A stretch of DNA of 64,000 bases, from contig JAWMAR010000415.1 in NCBI GenBank assembly GCA_036785375.1, positions 186,001 through 250,000 of the forward strand. The letters are read 5' to 3'. Position numbers and translations under genes: made by a program. Each line of letters begins with the position of its first letter. Position 1 is the stretch's first letter. The DNA is from Leucoraja ocellata (lineage: Eukaryota). Shown here in pieces: positions 1 to 13,510 of the stretch. The notes below the pieces were generated by a model, which was not told the DNA's origin, searched no databases, and saw only the letters and a program-made list of their open reading frames with translations.

Positions 1-374
1 CTTTCACATTACTGCTTCAGAGGTTTGATGTGCGGGGGGGGGGCGGGGGGGAATTTCAGTCAAAGCTGAAACCTTGACGGAGAGTCTGTGATCATCTTTT
101 CTCAAACCCTTTCCCCCGCTCGTGGTGCTTTCACACTGATTATAAAGACTGCAGGACTGTGACTGGGCCACAAGATTTGTTCTACATGAGGTTAATTGTG
201 CCGCAGACCGAAGAATACCTGCCCGATGGCCCAACGGCGTCCTTTAATGAATAAAGATCAGGGGAAATCCAAACGCGGGCGAGAGATCTCAGATCACACC
301 AACAAATAGTATCAAACGAACGGGTAATCGCATTAAATTCAAAGCATTTACAGCTCAGACTATTGGTACAATCG

Positions 375-1363
375 AATTGAATTGAATTGAATTTCCTTTA
401 TTGTCATTCAGACCTTACGGTCTGAACGAAATTTCGTGCCTGCAGTCATACATACAATGATACAATAATAAACAACAATAAACACAAATTAACATCCACC
501 ACAGTGAGTCCTCCAAACACCTCCTCACTGTGGTGGAGGCAAAAATCTTAGGGCTGCAGTCTCTTCCCTCTTCTCCCTCTGCACTGAGGCAATTCCCCAC
601 CGGGCGATGGTACAAACAGTCCCGCAGCTCACCGAACCCCGCGAACGGGCCGGTTCAAACACTGCGGCCTGGGGTGGTCGAAGCCGCCGCACCTCCAGTC
701 CAGCACACGCAGCCGCCGGCCCGCGGCTGAACCCAGGACTCTGGACACCGCCGCCAGAATGTCGTCCCAGCCACCGGAGCACCGTCCCAGCGGATCGCCC
801 TCACGTGAGTACCGTTCCACCCTCGGGCTGGGTCACTCCAGCGGGAGTGCCGTTCCTCCCTCGGGCTGGGCCACTCCAGCGGGAGTGCCGTTCCTCCCTC
901 GGGCTGGGCCACTCCAGCGGGAGTGCCGTTCCTCCCTCGGGTTGGGCCACTCCGACGGGAGTGCCGTTCCTCCCTCGGGCTGGGCCACTCCAGCAGGAGT
1001 GCCGTTCCTCCCTCGGGCTGGGCCACTCCAGCCCCTCACCATGCCGCTCTCACCGGTGCACCGTTCCATCCCGGGCTGGGCCGGGAGCGAGCCCAGGACG
1101 AGTCCTGTCAGCTGCCTCCAGAGTCCCAAGGTCGCCGGCTCCGCTAGGCCTCAGTGTAGACGGAGGCAAAGAAGGGGGATACGACAAAAAGGTCGTATTC
1201 CCCCGAAGGGAGTGACAGCAGCCCCCGTTTCACCCCCCCACCCCCCTCCCCACATAAACACAGCCTAAAAACCAAAAACATAACTAGACAAAACGAAAAA
1301 AAACAACACAAAAAAGTAAAAGACAAACGGACTGCAGGCGAGCCGCAGCCGTTCCCAGCGCCA
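375..1363 (-). mobile_element. Non-autonomous LINE-related retroposon (GC-rich body, (TTCAA)n tail)
   Basis: An (AATTG)n run plus TTTATTGTCAT at 375-408 is a minus-strand 3' tail. The GC-rich body ends at about 1363, and the layout resembles copies at 3275-3925, 57810-58260 and 60400-60695. Confidence 0.5.
803..1030. repeat. 38-bp minisatellite, 6 copies (GCGGGAGTGCCGTTCCTCCCTCGGGCTGGGCCACTCCA)
   Basis: Units start at 803, 841, 879, 917, 955 and 993, head to tail with no spacers. Confidence 0.95.
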
Positions 1364-2235
1364 CCACAATCCTCATAATATTTGTCGAATGGGCCCTCTG
1401 ATATTAATATAAAGCATCTGTAAATAATCTTTAATTTTGAATCAAATAGAATAACCCCCTCTAGAAGTTCCTGATACTCCTCTTCTGCCCAGTTCAAAGT
1501 GACTATGTCCTAAACAAGTCTCGTCCATTGAGTGACTACTTGCAAATCTTGCTTTTGCCACAAGGAAAAAAAAAGGTTCTCTTTTTCTTTCGTTGTGACA
1601 ATCAATGCATAAGATTGAACATCCATTTGTTAATTTAATAAAAAAGATTTGGGCGATGATTCAAATCTAGAATATTAGTTTCCCAGCATCTCTGGAGAAA
1701 GGGAATAGGCGACGTTTCGGGTCTGAACCTTTTTTCAGACTGAAGAGTTCCTACCCGAAAATTCAACCATTCCTTCTCTCCAGAGATGCTGCCTGGTCTG
1801 CTGAGTGACTCCAACATTTTGTGTTTATCTTTGGCATAGTCCAGCCTCTGCAGTTCCTTCCTACACAGTAGTTTCCCAATTTGACGAGGAAGCCGAAGAA
1901 CCAAAACCCTGACTGTAAGAGGCAGGGAGCCATGATGCAGTTCTATGGGACTTTTGTTAGGCCGCATTTGAAGTATTGCATGCAATTCGGGTGAACCTAT
2001 TACAGGAAAAATGTGGAGCATTTTTGAGAGGGCGCAGAGGAGGTTTAGAGGGATTAGAGGGTTTCAGCTACAAGGAGAGGTTGGATAGGCTTGGATTGTT
2101 TTCTCTGGAATGTTGGACGTTGAGGGGAGACTATAAATGTATATAAAAATTATGAGAGGCATAGATAGGGTAAACAGTATGTCCCTATGTTATTAATCAT
2201 TGTGTTCAATAATAGCAACACAAGTGTATGTAGTT

Positions 2236-2463
2236 ACAGCTTCTTTCCGGCGGCTGTCACTCTACTAAACAACGTACCTCGGTGACTGCCAATCACCACC
2301 CCCCCCCCCCCCCCCCCCCCCCCCCCACCCCGGACACTTATTTTTTTTTTATTCAAATCGTCTGCTATGTCGCTCTTCAAGGGAGATGCTAAATGCATTT
2401 CGTTGTCTCTGTACTGTACACTGACAATGACAATTAAAATTGAATCTGAATCTGAATCTGAAT
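2236..2463 (+). mobile_element. 3' end of a Rex1/Babar-type LINE with poly-C tract and (TGAATC)n tail
   Basis: SFFPAAVTLLN-like RT C-terminus, poly-C at about 2297-2331, tail TGAATCTGAATCTGAATC. Confidence 0.55.
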
Positions 2464-3274
2464 TTATTTGAGTAAAAATTCAGTGTTCCTGCTCTTGAAC
2501 ATCCATAAGATTGAAGTTGTTTGGTTCCTCAGGAAACATGGCAGCAAAAACTATTGTTTTCATTGCGGACTTTGACCATTGACCGAGCTGAAATTCTTTG
2601 CACTTGTTGCATAATAAATGGGAGTGCAATTTATTGTAGATAAGAATTATTTCTGAGTTCATTAGTAGTGATCACTGTTAACAAAAATAGCACTATTAAA
2701 TTTGAGGCTTGCCTCCTATTTCCTGAAAAATAATTTTCACTTGTCTGTTATCAGCAATTTATTTTTGTGGTTTGACAAGATTTTCAGTCCCTTGATGGCA
2801 TCATCTGGGTCTGATTGTAGCTTCCACGTTGCATTTCATCCTATAGCTTAATTGTATTTACCTTGTTAACAAACACTTACACATCTGATTTGCAACGTTT
2901 TGAACCAATTAATTCTTCACCTGGGTTTGACTCCCTAGGAGCACTTCTACTTAATCTGTTTTTCCAGGTTTCTCTTTTATTTTAATAACCAGCACAGCTC
3001 ATTGCAGTTCGTGGGATAATTGAAATCCATCCACCCTCATGTAACTTACCCAGAAATGTTGTGCAGTCCAGCACCATAAGTTCATAAGTGACAGGAGAAG
3101 CATTAGGCCATTCGGCCCATCAATTCTACGCCATTCAATCATGACTGATCTATCTCTCCCTCCTAACCCCATTCTCCTGCCTTCTCCCCATAACCCCTGA
3201 CACCATAATCACTTCCCTCCCACTGAGAGAAGCAAAGCTTGCAACTCTGTAAAATATTGTTACTTAACTTAATG

Positions 3275-3925
3275 GTACAAGATACAAGATACATTTATTT
3301 GTCACATGTACCAATTGGTACAGTGAAATATGTGGTCACCATACATCCATCGGATAAAAAAGAACACAACACACGATAGACTCCAACATAAAACATCCCC
3401 ACACAGCAGAATCAAAGTTTCCCACTGTGAGGGAAGGCACCAAAATACAGTCATCTTCCCCTGATGTTCTTTGATGTTGTTCTTTGATGCTCACCCTGGG
3501 GTGGGGCCACCCGAACCCTCCGCAGTCGCCGCTACGGGTGGCCCGATGTTCAGGCCCTCTCGCCGGGATGGTGGAACTCCGACGTTGGGACGGGAGAACA
3601 ACCTCAGCGGCTTGGAGCTCCGAATCGGCCACTTCCTACCGGAGTCCGCGGCTTCCGAAGTCCACAGGCCGCGCTATGCGGAGATTCACGCTGGCGGCCC
3701 TAGGCAAAGGGATCCCAGGACTCCGCGATGTTGAAGTCAGCGCAGCCCGCGCTGGAAGCTCTACGAACCACAGCTCTACGATGTTGAAGCAGCAGGCCCA
3801 ACACTCCTGAGCTGAAAACGGCGATCCAGGTTGGCATCGCCCGCTCCGCGATGAATCCGGCGCTGCGCCGCTGCTGCTGAAGCTTTGGTCCGGGCCCCGC
3901 CAATCCAGTTGGTGGGCCATACATA
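3275..3925 (-). mobile_element. Non-autonomous GC-rich retroposon copy
   Basis: (TACAAGA)n tail plus TTTATTTGTCACAT at the left end, then a CpG-rich body; no real ORF. Confidence 0.45.
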
Positions 3926-4422
3926 CTTCCTCTGGCAGCTTGTTGCATACACCCACCACCCTCTGTGTGAAAAGGTTGCCTATCAGCTTCCTATTCATTT
4001 TTTCACCTTTTCACCTTGAACCAATACACTTTTGTTCTTGGAGACACAAGGCACTGCAGGTAATGGAATCTTGAGCAAAACAAAGTGCTGGAGTAACTCA
4101 GTAAGTCAGGCCTCATCTCTGGAGGATATGGACAGGTGCGATTCGGATCTGAACACTTCTTCAGACTTGGGCAAAGGGCGCCGACCCAAAATCTCACCGA
4201 TCCATGGCTCCCATGGATGTTGCCTGACCTATTGAGTTACTCCAGCACTTTGTGTTTCCTGTTAGTTCTTGATTCTCCTACCCTGGGAAAAAGACTGTGC
4301 ATGAATCTTATTTATTTTTGCTTCATTGTTTTATACACCTCTATAAGATCGCCCCTTATTCTCCCGCACTCGAAGGAATAAAGTTTGAGTCTGCCCAATC
4401 TCTCCCTAAAGCTCAGGTCCTC

Positions 4423-4771
4423 GCACGGCGTCGGGCGGTGACGTAATCGCGCAATGTCACGCTGGGCGGTGACGTCATCACGCAACATCATGCCAGCGGT
4501 GACGTCATCACGCAACGCCATGCGCTAGGCATACGCCATCAAGACGCTGCATACGACCGCAATGCGCCTGCGTGCCGACAGGCCGTTGGCGCGCAAAGAT
4601 TTTGGCCACTGGCAGAATTTCGGCGCCCCAAGCGATGTCGGGACCAGCCCCGCACAACTCCACGCTTCTAAGTGGGACCGGCCCCGAGCGGCCATATGGT
4701 GCCCATACACCTCAAGCGACCACGAGGTTGCGTAATTTGCGAGCCAAGGTCGCGTAAGTGGGACAGGCCCT
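4423..4771. mobile_element. Harbinger-type MITE, truncated at its left end
   Basis: Ends in TAAGTGGGACAGGCCCT followed by TAA, the same terminus as other copies in the window. Confidence 0.7.
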
Positions 4772-5939
4772 TAATAGTCCACCAGTACTTGAGAAATGCA
4801 GATTTAAAAGTAGTTTGTGTGATTAAGATGTACAGAGAAACCTGGTATCAAGGGTCAGACATTTGTGTGATTACTCTTTGGACTTACAGTAAATCAAGAG
4901 TATACTCCACACCTGGTTTGCTACATTAAAGAATTGCCAGAGACTTTATTTTTGCATGACCTCTCACTGCCTTTTGCATAATTACTAGCAGGGATGAGCT
5001 CTTTAGCCAAACTAGTACTTGCATTCCAGGCAGCCCATCTTGCTTCTGTGGCACTGCAGTTAATTCACAGTAGTATTGTGCTCATAATAGAGGCACTTTT
5101 GGCCTTTATTTCCACTGCAGCTGCAATGTTTATAAATTAAATGCACGCTGCAAGTTCCACTATCTGATCATGATGGCACATGCAGGTCAAATCTATGAAT
5201 TCATATAGAAATAAATTCAAAATAGAACTCGCTTTTGTCAAAATACAAGGCCTGTGCTCTGGCATTATGATCACCTGCGTCACAAAAGAACTGCATGCAA
5301 AGTCTTCTTGCATATCAAGTAGACAAAACAGCGTAGTATTAACAGACCCAGGTGAACCTTCAATCATCAAAGCCCATTAAAGTGCAGCAACTGTATGATT
5401 GGTGCTGAACAATTAAATACCTATTGGGAGGATGATTCTTAATGAACATTGCGATTCTCAATATCTGCAGTTGAGTGCATCTGAGCAATTGACAATTTTG
5501 AGGCGTTTCATTTCATCTTTAGTTTAAAACGTTGTGATAATTTTTTGACTTCTGAAATACTCCCATCATAAATCCCAAGCTTCAGACAATTTCTAAACCA
5601 TGAGAATTCAATTCAAGAGAGCCATTTATTCTTTGTGTGTGTGCGTTCCATTCCAGAGAATCCTCACATTGCTGCCCTTCCCCTTGATTGCTCATGTTTT
5701 AAATCATCTCCTGGCCTTTACACAGCAAACTGAAATGATGTATTTTGTTTCCATTTAGGTCTGAGTTTCAAAAAAGAAAAAAGAATGTCAGTGTATCTAA
5801 TAACACGGGTATAAAAATTGTAGCAAATTAATAAAACTGCTCAATAGACACAGGAAGCAGTGAAGATATAAGCGGTGCTGGCTCGAAGGGCTGAATGGCC
5901 TACTCCTGCACCTATTGTCTATTGTCTAAGATGTGTAAA

Positions 5940-6290
5940 ATGTGATTAACAACTTTTACAAACATGATACAAATGAATGAAAGATATGCAAAAAGCAACA
6001 ATGATCAAGGAAAGGTGGAGCCCACAATGATCCATTGTTGGCTGAGGAGGAAGGTGATAATGAGTGATATAAACAGTAAAACTCAGCTGCACAATAGTGA
6101 AACTAGTACGATGACTAGGGTGGGGAAGGAACGGAGAGAAAGAGGATACAAGGATTACTTGAAGTTAGAGAAACACATATTCATATCATCGGGTTGTAAT
6201 CTGCCCAAGCAAAATATGAGATGCTGTTCCTCCAATTTGCGTTTTGGCCTTGCTCTGCCAATGAAGGAGGCCTAGGACACAAAGGTCAAT
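5940..6290 (-). mobile_element. Penelope-like element 3' fragment (GIY-YIG C-terminus plus UTR)
   Basis: Minus strand reads RKLEEQHLIFCLGRLQPDDMN..FSNFK*; homologous to 28500-28740. Confidence 0.7.
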
Positions 6291-7076
6291 ATAGACAATA
6301 GGTGCAGGAGTAGGCCATTCGGCCCTTCGAGCCAGCTGATCATCCCCAATCAGTACCCCGTTCCTGCCTTCTCTCCATATCCCCTGACTCTGTGATGTTA
6401 AACATAGTGAAATACTGTAAAAGTTCACTGCGTATAGTGAAGTGTGCATGATTTTAATTGGAGAATTAATTTCTCAAACAGTGCACCATAAAGAAGACAC
6501 TAAAATGCCATTGAATGACCAAGATGAGCCATATTCGGGGATCAGAATTGATCAGATTTGATGGGGTATCTTGCTCATCAAGGTCACCCTCCCGTACTTT
6601 ATGCCTATAAATCAGCCTACACACAATTTTTAAGAATGGAACCCTGGGAACTGCCAGTTCATGTATATACACCGTAACTGAATACATTTTCGGTGACAAA
6701 ATAGCGAGCTAGTTGTGTCCCTTTCTTGCAGAGCTAGAGAAAAGTGTTCAAACCTCACCTCGGATGCGGTCTGTGTGGAGTTTATATGGTTCATTGTGAC
6801 TGTGTGGGTTTCCTCCAAATGCACCGTTTTTTCCCTCATCCCAAAGGCATGTGGACTTATCGGTTGGAGATGTCAGCATCTGGAATCTTGTGCAAAAAAC
6901 AAAAACAAAGTGCTGGCTGAATCCAAAAATAGGCTGCCATAAATTCCCACTTGAATGAGTGATATAATCTGGGGGCGTTTATAAAGATGAGAGGAGAGTA
7001 AAAAATAAATTGGACTCTTGTTGGATAGGGTAAATGGATTCATGACACAATAAACAATAAAGGGCTGAATAGCTTG

Positions 7077-7580
7077 GGGCAGCACAGTGGCGCCACGGTA
7101 GATTTACTACCTTACAGTGCCAGAGAGCCGAGTTCAGTCCTGACCTTGGGTGCTCCCTGTGGCAGCGTGGGTTTCCTCCCATGTTGCAGAGACCTGCAGG
7201 TTTGTGGTTTGGTTGGTTGGCTGCTGTGGGTTGTGGGGGTTCTGTGGCATTGCTGGTTCTATCCTGCACACTGATTTGTCCCTCGTGTGTGGGGTGGAGC
7301 TGATGTTCCAGTGGGGGACACGCGGTCATAGGGCGCCTGGGGTCAGTGTCTGGTCTCTGGTGCTGTGGGGCAGTGGTTTACGGGGTTCATGGCGTTCCGG
7401 AGGCCCGTTGGGCTGCAGGTCTCCACGCCTTTGCGGTGGGGAGGGGGGGGGTGAGAGGAACCATTTTGGTAGTTCTATCCTACACACTGTGAATTGTCCC
7501 TAGGATAGAACGAGTGTGCGGGTGTTCGCAGGTAAGCACGGACTCGGTGTTTCCATGCTGTGTCTCTAAACTAAACTAAG
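7077..7580 (+). mobile_element. HE1/V-SINE (tRNA-derived head, CR1-derived tail), interrupted
   Basis: GGGGCAGCACAGTGGCG head, B-box-like GAGTTCAGTCC, V-domain GCGTGGGTTTCCTCC and (CTAAA)n tail. Confidence 0.65.
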
Positions 7581-8054
7581 CAACAATGCTTCAAAAACAC
7601 TATCCAAATGTGTAGTTCTCAGAATTATTCAAAATGTTTTTAATTGTACAGTAGTAAGGACAGTTGAAGAACCAGAGAAACATCAATGTACAGCACCTGT
7701 ATCTCTAAAACTAAACTAAACCAAGAATTGCGCCATTCACTTAGTAGTCATTCCGCGAAACAACAAATTCGGTCTACAACAGATTCGAACCGTCCGCTAT
7801 GACTGAAATCCGTTATAAAGAGGTCCATTATTGCGAGGGTTTGTTGTATTCTCCTTCCAAGTTTTTGTATGTAAAATAGAAACATAAAACATAGGTGCAG
7901 GGGTAGGCTATTCGGCCCTTCGAGCCTGCACCGCCATTCGATGTATGTTTGTATGTCCTAAAATGTGCAATGTTTTTGAAAGGAATAATAAAATAGTTGC
8001 CATCGTTTCAATTGTAAACAAGTAAATAATTCAGTCTTTTTTTTCTTTTTTCAG

Positions 8055-8109
8055 TCCGGCTCCATGACAGCATATCTGAAGAAGGGTACCATTATCTAGT
8101 GTTTGATCT
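8055..8109 (+). CDS. CAMK2D: CaMKII delta kinase-domain exon 4 (VRLHDSISEEGYHYLVFDL)
   Basis: 55-bp exon between a polypyrimidine-TTTCAG acceptor and a GTAAGT donor. The translation matches CaMKII, and 55 bp is the conserved size of this exon. Confidence 0.96.
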
Positions 8110-9256
8110 GTAAGTACTTTTCCTCATTCAGCAGTTATTATTCTTTCACTCTTTGCAGTCAGGTGAAATCAATTTTACTTCATTACTTGCCCTAGTGATG
8201 AACATTTAGGATTTGTGCTACTATTGTTTTGTAACTTGGGGGGGGTGAACAAGTACACAGCCCATTGTCAGCTACATATAGGTACAGCAAGCAGTTTGGA
8301 AGGCAAATAGTATGCTGCCCACAAGGATTGGTAACATGAGTAAAATTATCTTATTGCAATTTTTTTATGTTTTGGTGAGATAGTACCTGGATTATTTAGC
8401 ATAAAAGTCTATACTCTTTGTAAGAAAAGATATACGCGTGACAAAGGGACTGCAACAGGGATGTGCTGGGTTGATTGGAGATGGCAGGAGCCCATCTTGT
8501 TTTATTTGCGCACAATGTTATGTAGATAACATCAAACAACTTAATTTTTGTTATAGAAATTTCTAGAAACGTGCAGCAAGTTACTCAGCATCTGTGAAAA
8601 GAGAAACGGAGTGAATGGTTCAGGTTGAAGATCCTTCATCACAACTTCAACCTGAAATGTTAATTTTGTGTCTCATTCCACAGAAATTGGATAACGTTTT
8701 TCCTCCCTTGATTACGGAGTTTGGGTGAGCTCCTAAACATAGCAATGAGCAGCAAACTGCATTCCAGGATGCCTGGAGTGATTCTGAAGCTTGGAAGCTG
8801 AGAGAGACGCTAAATATGACCTGCCAGAGAAAAGCAGGCAAAGCACATATGTATGAGGTTGCATTTTAGATTGCAAGAGGCATGTACGTGAGGATGCAGA
8901 ATGGGGATTAAGATTTGTGATTAGTTCAGGTGTCAGAGGTTATGGGGGGAAGGCAGGCGAATGGGGTTAGGAGGCAGAGATAGATCAGTCATAATTGAAT
9001 GGCTGTGTAGACTTGATTAGACTTGATTAGGTCATGCCTAATTCTACTCCTATTTCTTACGACCATATAAGTGTTGTCTCTTTAAATAGTAAAGTTTCAA
9101 GAGAAACAAGATTAATGAAACCTTTTTGTTTCTGTGAGCAGAGTACTGTCATCATTTAGACCAAGTGAGATTGTAAATTTCATGGCAAGTGGACCTTGTG
9201 TGTTTTGCACCACATTTGGGAAATGTTGTGCTGCAGGAAAAAAAACCATGCAACTT

Positions 9257-9494
9257 CCCTGTCCCACTTAGGAAACCTGAACGGAAACCTCTGGAGACTT
9301 TGCGCCCCACCAAGGTTTCCGTGCGGTTCCCGGAGGTTGCAGGTGGTTGCCAGAGGTTACAGGTAGTGGAAGCAGGTAGGGAGACTGACAAAAACCTCCG
9401 GGAACCACACGGAAACCTTGGGTGGGGCGCAAAGTTTCCTTTAAGGCAGAGTCTCCAGACGTTTCCGTTCAGGTTTCCTAAGTGGGACAGGGGC
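9257..9494. mobile_element. Harbinger-type MITE with long (about 80 bp) inverted repeats
   Basis: CCCTGTCCCACTTAGGAAACCTGAACGGAAAC... mirrored by ...GTTTCCGTTCAGGTTTCCTAAGTGGGACAGGG. Confidence 0.75.
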
Positions 9495-12143
9495 CTAAGA
9501 ATGTTGCAGTGATGTCCAGAGTGAGATTTTCTGTTTGGCACAATTGGGTGAAAAAATTGTTGAGCTAATTCTTAAACAGACACATTTTGTTGGGATTTCA
9601 TTAAGGAAATTCTCTATCTGCATCCCAGCAATTTTCATCATACATAGATGTCGAATTTATCATTAAAATGTTTACAAACTGCATGCCGTCATGCTGGTTG
9701 TTACAATCTTTCATTGATGGTATATCAAAACTTATAAGTGCATTGTAACACATATACATATCAGAATACATTGAAGAAGTTAATGTACACATTTAATTAT
9801 CACTTTGAAAAAGGCAGTTCCGTAGACTCCAGCATCTGCAGCCTCTTGTATCTGGATTTTATCATTTGTTTTGTTGAACTGGTTACTTAAATCAAAATGT
9901 TTATGTTTGAAGAAAGAAACAATGAAGGGGTGTGTCTTGGAGGGGGTATATGCATCGTTGATTGTAAAGTTGCATCGTTGGTTTCCAAATATCATTGTCA
10001 GAACAACATAAGCAAAACCTCAAATGAAAACTTGGGAATTTCTAATATAGAAGGATTTGCATGTATAAAGCAAGTTTCATAACTTTACAAAGTGCTGTTG
10101 AACAATTGAAGTAATTTTAATTAAAATAATATATTTGTTGGCAACAAATGTTCACACAGTAAGACTCACAGAAAGCAATGAGGTAATGACCAGAATAATC
10201 CTTTTGTTCATTCTGGATGAGCAGCTCCCCTGGGTTGAGTTGATACAAAGTTAATACATGACAAAACGAGACAATTGGAAGGCAAATGGTGCAGACAAGA
10301 TATGTGCAATAACTCCTCCAGAATTACCGCAGGACTGGTTTATGCTCGATGTAGGTTCAGATTTGTTTATACAAAACTATTTTACAAATTGGCTGGACCA
10401 GACCCGACCTAATTTACAAAATGTCTTCACTGGTGTCCATGCTGGCATTGTACTTTGGTGGCAGCAATTCTACTATTTGAAACATATTGAATCTGCCCAG
10501 GTATTTGTCTTTGTGTTGACCTTTATATTCCTACCACCAGCTTGTTTCCTGGCAATAAATGAACATTGCATAGCAACCCGAGTACATGCTGATTCACTGG
10601 CATCGTGCCACTGAATACAAGTGGCTCTGCTACCATAAAACTTGCTGTGTTCCTTTTATTTACTAACTAAATCAATACTACTAAAGGAAAAATGTCAATT
10701 GGAGAAAGCCCAAAGCTGACAGGACTCCAAGGGATTTGCCATCTGGTATCAAACTGTCTGTCAGTATTGTACAGGACAGTATAACATCATTCAGGCAGTC
10801 CACTAAATTGAGTTCCTGCTGAGGTTTAGTCACTCAGCAGCTGATGAGCTAAAAAGCATCATCTGACAGGCTGTGCTCTACCTTACCTTTAATTCCTGTC
10901 AGGTTAATTTAAAAACATCTCAAATCATTTGAGAGCTGAATTTTATTTCACTGACTAAAGGTTTAGGGAACTAACCCCTCCTGAAATAAAGTGAGTTCAA
11001 TTACAATTACGCAAATCAGCTGTTAACAACTTTCAGAATGTGTGCTTTGATATGGTTATCAAAAATAAAATGTTTACAGTTGGGCATAATTTGTCATTTC
11101 TATACCTCCAAATCAGTTGACAACTTGTAAAGCCACATCTTGATGCTGGAGATGTTGGAAATATTAAATATGTGCACCGTTGTCACCATTTTGAAATCTC
11201 ATAATGAAGACTGAAGAAGTTCATTGCAGAACTCCATGAATTTGATGAGGAGGTTGTATGATGGGATTGATTACACCATACACAAAAATGAAGGGCTTGA
11301 AAACATCAGATCTTGTGTGCTATAACTCCTCTTTATGCTGGGTTCTTACTTTTTTAATGATACTTATGAATATGTGGGTAAAATATTGTAGCACTTTGTA
11401 CCCAAGTTTGCAACCTACCCTAAAACTTGTTTCTAAGATAGCGCTGATGATGACCGAGATTATTTCATTTGATTATTTCCAGAAATTGCTTTAAATAAAT
11501 AATGGATTGTCAATCGAAAAGCGAAGAATACGCCTTAGTTTTCCATAAAATGCTTTATTTTACCTTAAAATCTTCCACGTGGGTTATGTATAAAGCATTT
11601 AACATTCCTAGATAACACGCCGGCCAGAAATGTTCCATCATTACCCATTTAGCTTACTATAAGCTGCCTGGGGCTGAAGGTATGCCTGTGTAATGGTCTT
11701 CTGCTTTATCACTTTTTCCTTTTGAATGTTTGTAGTTAAAAAGCAAAATGAACTGCATCCAAAAGTAAACATGCAAGGTAGTAGGCTTTCATCAATTCCA
11801 ATGATTTGTGTGAACACTCGATTGCCCGTTTTGTTACGCAAGGTGTAAACTGCAACAGTGTATCCGATGGAGGACCTTAAGGAGAAAATATAGGCCAATA
11901 TGACCTTATTTAATTTTAATAATTTGTGGACAAGATTTTCATTTGAACTAATCTGGTACCTGAGGCAAATGAGATTGAGATTGTATTGTAAACATATTTT
12001 ATAGATTTAAGAATAAGAATAATAGATTTTATAGATGTCAGTTAAAGTGCCAGAAACAGTGCATTAACGTGCAAAAATTGCCTCTCCATTAAAATCGGCT
12101 GTTGAATGTCAAATTAATTGAAATCAGCATATCAAACATTAGA

Positions 12144-13510
12144 TGGCCTCATTGTCCCAAGGAATTGTCCCCTCCGCTTTCAAAACGGCTGATGTTACAC
12201 CAATCTTAAAGAAACCTGGTCTTGATCCCTCTCTCTCATTAACTACCACCCAATCTCAAACGTCCCCTTTCTTTCAAAAACCCTGGAGCGTATCGTTGCG
12301 TCGCAACTTCATTCCCACCTCCTTGCATATAACCTACTTGAACCCCTCCAATCTGGCTTTCGCCCCCTCCATAGCACAGAAACTGCTCTCCTCAAAGTCC
12401 TCAACGACCTCCTCACCTCTGCTGACACCGCCACTTCAACCTGGACTTCCACTGTTATGCTGACGACACCCAAATCTACCTCGGCACCAAATCCCCCCAC
12501 AACCCCTCCCTCTCCCATATCAACTCCTGTTTGTCAGCTATAAAAACCTGGATGCAACATAATTTCCTCAAACTCAACAGCGATAAGACAGAATTCCTCC
12601 TCATAGGCTCCAAAGCCACACTCAGCAAAATCAATAACCCCACTCTCACCATCGACGGCACCACTGTCTCCCCATCTCCCTAGGCCCACAAACTTGGCGT
12701 GATCTTTGATTCCACCCTCTCCCTTGAGCCTCACATCCGCCATGTCATTAAAACCTCCTTCTTTCATCTCCGCAACATCGCCAAACTCAGACCCTCTCTC
12801 ACACCTCCCGCTGCTGAAAGACTCATCCATGCCTTCATTTCCTCCCGACTGGACTATTGCAACTCGCTTCTCCTTGGCATCAGCTCCACCTACATCAACC
12901 GACTCCAACTGGTCCAGAACGCAGCCGCCCGACTCATCACCCACACCAAATCCTGGAATCACATCACTCCAGTCCTCAAACAACATCACTGGCTTCCCAT
13001 CCCCCACCGGATCAACTACAAAATCCTGATCCTCACCTCCAAAGCCCTCCACCATCTGCCCCCCCCATATCTCACTGACCTCCTCTCCCCCTACCAACTC
13101 TCACGGTCCCTCAGATCCACATCAGCCGATCTCCTCTCCATCCACAAGTCCAACCTCCGCAGTTTTGGGGACAGAGCCTTCTCCAGGACAGCTCCCAGGC
13201 TCTGGAACTCCCTCCCCCAACTGATCCGCAATTCCGGGTCCCTCACCATCTTCCAGTCCCGCCTCAAGACCCATCTCTTCACCTCTGCCTATCCTTAGCC
13301 CCACGTCCCCCTCCCTTTTCATCTGTGCATTAATTGCCTCATATTGTGTTTTGTATTGAATTCTGTCTTTACTTTGTGTACTAGTCATGTCTCTACTATT
13401 TATTTCATTCCCCTTACATGTTTTTCCTCTACCTGCAAAATGTTTGTAAGGTGTCCTTGAGACTCTTGAAAGGCGCCCATAAATAAAATTTATTATTATT
13501 ATTATTATTG
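12144..13510 (+). mobile_element. L2-clade LINE, 5'-truncated RT region
   Basis: YADDTQIY motif and a 199-aa ORF at 12699-13298 (SRLDYCNSLL, GDRAFS, RLWNSLP, LKTHLF). Ends in AATAAA plus (ATT)n. Confidence 0.9.

Noticed and set aside
803-1030. CRISPR-like array
   Set aside because: The units are contiguous with no unique spacers, the context is eukaryotic and there are no cas genes.
607-1268. Long ORFs (202 and 169 aa)
   Set aside because: They arise from the GC-rich minisatellite, are open in several frames and have no recognisable domain.
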